Assembly: GCA_039208735.1 (NCBI GenBank)
Contig: JBCCQY010000115.1
Span: forward strand, 1 to 28,657
Direction of reading: 5' to 3'
Length of the DNA stretch: 28,657 nt
Origin: Myxococcota bacterium
GTDB lineage: Bacteria > Myxococcota_A > UBA796 > GCA-2862545
Part shown: positions 25,364 to 28,657 of the stretch, piece after piece
Layout: every line of letters starts with the position of its first letter
Numbering within the stretch: the stretch's first letter is position 1
Translations under genes and position numbers: made by a program
Notes under the pieces: generated by a model
Told to the model about the DNA's origin: nothing
What the model saw: the letters and a program-made list of their open reading frames with translations, nothing else
Database searches by the model: none

Positions 25364-28300
25364 TGATGCAGTGGGTTCGAGCAGCCTTCTCGGGATTCTT
25401 GGTCATGGTTGTCGCCGTGGCCTGCAATCCCGTTCGTCTGCCCGACATCGAACTCAATCGGGTTGAGCCCGACTTCGCATTCACCGGTGAAAACACGACC
25501 GTGACCCTGCACGGGAGCCTGTTCTTCCCTCGCCTTGAGATCAAGTCCCAAAGTGGCCAGAGCGAGTTCGACGACGACTTTCAGGCCTGGCTCGTGGGTC
25601 CCGATGGCAACGAGCTGTCTCGTCCCTTCGCCGCGGTGCAGTTCGAGAACTTCGATCGCCTACGGGGCACGATTCCCGCTGGTTATCCGCCTGGCGTCTA
25701 CAATGTCCGCCTCGAAGGGCCAGGTGGAGCCATCGCCCGATTGCCGTCCGCGTTTACGGTCACGGCGGCCAAGCCCAACCGCCTCGACGTCGAGCTACAG
25801 AGCCCAGCTGGCGTGTACCCGGTCGGGCAGCGCGTCTTCCTCGACCTGACGTTGCTCGATCTCGCCGAAAAGCCCTTTGGACAGTCGATCGAGATCGCGA
25901 TTACCGCATTGCGTGGCGAGCAGGCCGATGTGTCCCTCATCACGGACTACGCGGGTCTCCAGAACACACGGCTGGCTCCTGACGGGGACAGCATCGTGGG
26001 TCTCATGCCCGACGGTCGAGTGACCATCGGGATCACGGGCACCGAGACGGGCACCATCGACGTCGAGGTTGCGCCGTGGGACCGTTCGCTCGGGATTGGC
26101 CGCGACGATCTTGAAGTTCGATTTGGGAGTTCGCAAGACTACACCATCAACTTCGAACCGCTGCCCGACCCGGTCAATGGCGATGCCTACGTGGCCGGAG
26201 AGACCGTCCGGGCCTTCGCTCGTGCCGTCGATCTCGCGGGAAATCCCATCGACGATGCGGTGACGGTGACGCTCGTGGCCAAGTGCGGAGGCTGGGTCGA
26301 CCTGGTCGTTTTGGACGGCCCAGAGCCTTCGCCCTTCGAGTTTGTGCCGGTCGAAATTTGTGAAAAGGGCACCATTGTGGCCCTTGATGTCGGATCGGCC
26401 CCTCCGCTTGGCGAGTCGGCCTCGTTCGAAGTCGTCGCCGGCGAAGTGAGTGGCTTCGACATGCGCACGCTGTTGCCGAGTGTGGTTGCCGGAGACCTCG
26501 TCGATGTGCTGCTCCATCCGGTCGATGAGTTTGGCAACGAGACGGGCTACCTCGGGCCGCTGACCGTCACGTCGCCAAACGGAGGATTGATCGAGTCGAC
26601 GTGCGACCACCCGGTGGGGGCGGGCACCACCCGGTTCTGCCATGTCAGGCCTTCGTTGGCGGGAACGATTTCGCTCGTCGCCTCGGGCGATGGCACGCTG
26701 TTCGGCTCGGTGGCGGGCTTGATCGTGCTGCCTCGATCCGAGCCGGTCGACGCGAACCTCGTGGTTCCGTCTTCGACGGTGGCCGGGCTGCCGTTCGATG
26801 TGGAAATCCAGCCCTTCGACACCTTTGGCAATGTCATTGACGCGTCGGCCTACGGTCTGACCGACCTTGGGCTCGATGACAGCTTGAACGAACTGGAATG
26901 TGCGCTCCAGCCCCCTGTCGGCACACGCATGCTTTGGACGTGTCGACTCTATACGAGCCGTGAGAATGCACAGGTTCAGGCTTCGTTTACGGTGACTGGG
27001 ATCACGGTGGACTCGCGACCGTTCGAAGTCTTGCCGGGTCCGATTGGGAGTCTCGGCGTCGAGGTGGCCGACGAGGTCACGGCCGGAGACTCCGTTCCCA
27101 TCCAAGTGATTGCCCAAGACGACTTTGGCAACGACACGGCGCCCAATCCCGCCATCCACGTCGTACTCTCCGACACCACCGGGACCTTCTCGGCGCCGTC
27201 GGCCACGTTGGCCAACCAGTCCCGCACGGTCGTGGTGGGTACCTTCGAACTTGCGGGCCCCACCGAACTTCGAGCAACGGTGCAGGGAAGCTCGCTCGAG
27301 GGTGTTTCGTCGCCCATCACCGTCCGGCCGGGCGCGGCAGCGTCATGGAAGGTGCAGAGCGAGGGGTGGGTGTGGGCCGATACCCCTTCGGTCCTCGAGG
27401 TGCAGGCGATCGACGCCTACGGCAACCCCACCCCGCTCGATGCCCAGGTCGATGTCTCGTCGGACAGAGGCAGTTTGCCAACCGAGCGCTTTCCGGTGCA
27501 AGCCGGTCAGGCCTCCCTGCCCATTCGTTTCGTGAGCGGGGTCGGACTCGAGACGGTCACGGTGACCGATGATTTAGGGCGGTTTGGTCAAGCGCGGCTG
27601 CCCGTGGTGGAGCCCTGTGTCGATGGGCCCGTGCCCAGCCTCGAATTCGCGACGGAGCCCGATGGGCGCGCTTGCCTCGACCCGGTAACGGAGCTGGGCG
27701 CGGTGGCCGTCAACGGGGTGGGTTCGATCGAGGGCGCATCGCCAATCGAAACCTATGCATTTGCCGTCGATGGCACGCGGCAACTTCTCCAGGATTTGTC
27801 CCAGGCCACCGTCACCCTGCCGGGCGTGGGTCGCTACGACGTGGCGATGCTCGTCTCAGACACGCGGGGGTGTGGAGCCATCGAACATGCCACCGCCTGG
27901 GTGGGCCCAGACGACGGGACGCCGGTGGGGCCCATCCCCATCACGACCACCGAGAGTCACATCCTCGAGACCGATATGGTCGAGGTCAGACTCCAACGTG
28001 TGATGGACTGTCGAGGTCAGCCCGCTGCATTTGCAGAGGTCGGGGTGCGCTCCAGCGTGGGAGCCCTCGCGCCGGTGGCCAGCACGGGCACGGGGCTCCA
28101 CGTCAGTCTCGACGGCCAGGGCGACGCCGTCCTTCAGGTTGTGACCACCGGGAACCTCTCTGAGGGTACGGCGACGGTTCATGCCTATGTGCCCTCGGGA
28201 GCTGCCGAAGGCGCGCTGTTCGTGCCGGTTCAGGGCGACAGCGTTCCGCCGATCCTCATTGCCCAAACCCCGACGGGGACCATCGAAACCGCCCAGACGG

Positions 28301-28657
28301 GAGGCATCCAGTTTGTGGTTTCCGAGCCCTTGCTTCCGTCTTCGGTTCTTCCCTCGTCGTTCCACGTGCAAGGGCCATTTGGCGATGTTCCCGTCCTAGG
28401 ACTGCTCCTCGACGAGCAAGATCGACGCATTCAACTCGATTTGGGCGTGACGCTCGATACGGGCGAGTACGATGTCGTGGTCTCAGATTCCGTGCTCGAC
28501 GTTGCAGGCAACCCACTTTCGGGTGACTACACGGGCCAAGCCTCGCTCTACGACGGCGCCTTTGGATTCGTCACCTACACCCAGGCGAATGTCTCTTGCG
28601 GGACGGATCTCTCCCGGTTCCGGCCCGACGGTGACCCCGGAACAGGGGTAGAAGCAG
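25363..28657 (+). CDS. Large Ig-repeat lipoprotein (IPT/TIG-like, DxxGN Ig repeats, PKD-like, Big_5-like); partial, runs off the right edge
   Basis: Not in the ORF track. ATG 25363 overlaps the upstream stop (TGATG). MMQWVRAAFSGFLVMVVAVA-C has a lipobox-like end. Manual translation is stop-free for 1098 codons. Repeated motifs DLAGN, DEFGN, DTFGN, DDFGN, DAYGN and DVAGN. Confidence 0.88.
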   Translation, partial: MMQWVRAAFSGFLVMVVAVACNPVRLPDIELNRVEPDFAFTGENTTVTLHGSLFFPRLEIKSQSGQSEFDDDFQAWLVGPDGNELSRPFAAVQFENFDRLRGTIPAGYPPGVYNVRLEGPGGAIARLPSAFTVTAAKPNRLDVELQSPAGVYPVGQRVFLDLTLLDLAEKPFGQSIEIAITALRGEQADVSLITDYAGLQNTRLAPDGDSIVGLMPDGRVTIGITGTETGTIDVEVAPWDRSLGIGRDDLEVRFGSSQDYTINFEPLPDPVNGDAYVAGETVRAFARAVDLAGNPIDDAVTVTLVAKCGGWVDLVVLDGPEPSPFEFVPVEICEKGTIVALDVGSAPPLGESASFEVVAGEVSGFDMRTLLPSVVAGDLVDVLLHPVDEFGNETGYLGPLTVTSPNGGLIESTCDHPVGAGTTRFCHVRPSLAGTISLVASGDGTLFGSVAGLIVLPRSEPVDANLVVPSSTVAGLPFDVEIQPFDTFGNVIDASAYGLTDLGLDDSLNELECALQPPVGTRMLWTCRLYTSRENAQVQASFTVTGITVDSRPFEVLPGPIGSLGVEVADEVTAGDSVPIQVIAQDDFGNDTAPNPAIHVVLSDTTGTFSAPSATLANQSRTVVVGTFELAGPTELRATVQGSSLEGVSSPITVRPGAAASWKVQSEGWVWADTPSVLEVQAIDAYGNPTPLDAQVDVSSDRGSLPTERFPVQAGQASLPIRFVSGVGLETVTVTDDLGRFGQARLPVVEPCVDGPVPSLEFATEPDGRACLDPVTELGAVAVNGVGSIEGASPIETYAFAVDGTRQLLQDLSQATVTLPGVGRYDVAMLVSDTRGCGAIEHATAWVGPDDGTPVGPIPITTTESHILETDMVEVRLQRVMDCRGQPAAFAEVGVRSSVGALAPVASTGTGLHVSLDGQGDAVLQVVTTGNLSEGTATVHAYVPSGAAEGALFVPVQGDSVPPILIAQTPTGTIETAQTGGIQFVVSEPLLPSSVLPSSFHVQGPFGDVPVLGLLLDEQDRRIQLDLGVTLDTGEYDVVVSDSVLDVAGNPLSGDYTGQASLYDGAFGFVTYTQANVSCGTDLSRFRPDGDPGTGVEA

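Noticed and set aside
22808..27159. Long antisense ORFs of 454 aa (22808-24172, 25795-27159) and similar shadows elsewhere (12238-13440, 20891-21988)
   Set aside because: They have Arg/His/Gly-rich composition with no motifs, as expected for opposite-strand shadows of real genes in high-GC DNA.

Overview
A GC-rich, gene-dense bacterial chromosomal segment with about 27 CDS. No rRNA, tRNA, CRISPR array or mobile element was recognised. A Myxococcota/deltaproteobacterial-type origin is inferred from a MYXO-CTERM-like tail, a tandem-HTH DUF4423-like protein and abundant signalling genes. Left part: the 5' end of an ATP-dependent DNA ligase (missing from the ORF track), a PPP phosphatase, a 47-aa highly basic protein, a membrane-anchored Ser/Thr pseudokinase, a radical SAM enzyme, a secreted protein-CBS-moaC-PilZ run, a ChvI/ChvG-like two-component pair, an XRE regulator, and a matrixin metalloprotease with a coupled secreted partner. 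Middle: a 1154-aa protein fusing a Upf1/DNA2-like and a UvrD-like SF1 helicase, a YjgM-like GNAT, a sterol desaturase-family enzyme, a DUF4423-like regulator and a DxDxDG-repeat lipoprotein. Right: a tightly coupled operon encoding a REC-histidine kinase, a membrane pseudo-histidine kinase lacking ATP-binding boxes, a FecR-Ig protein, a multi-Ig beta-barrel protein and a >1098-aa Ig-repeat lipoprotein (missing from the ORF track, runs off the window). The best candidates for new biology are this putative trans-envelope signalling operon, the double helicase, and a recurring 12-13-residue uncharged signal peptide. All family calls come from motif recognition by eye; no database search was run.
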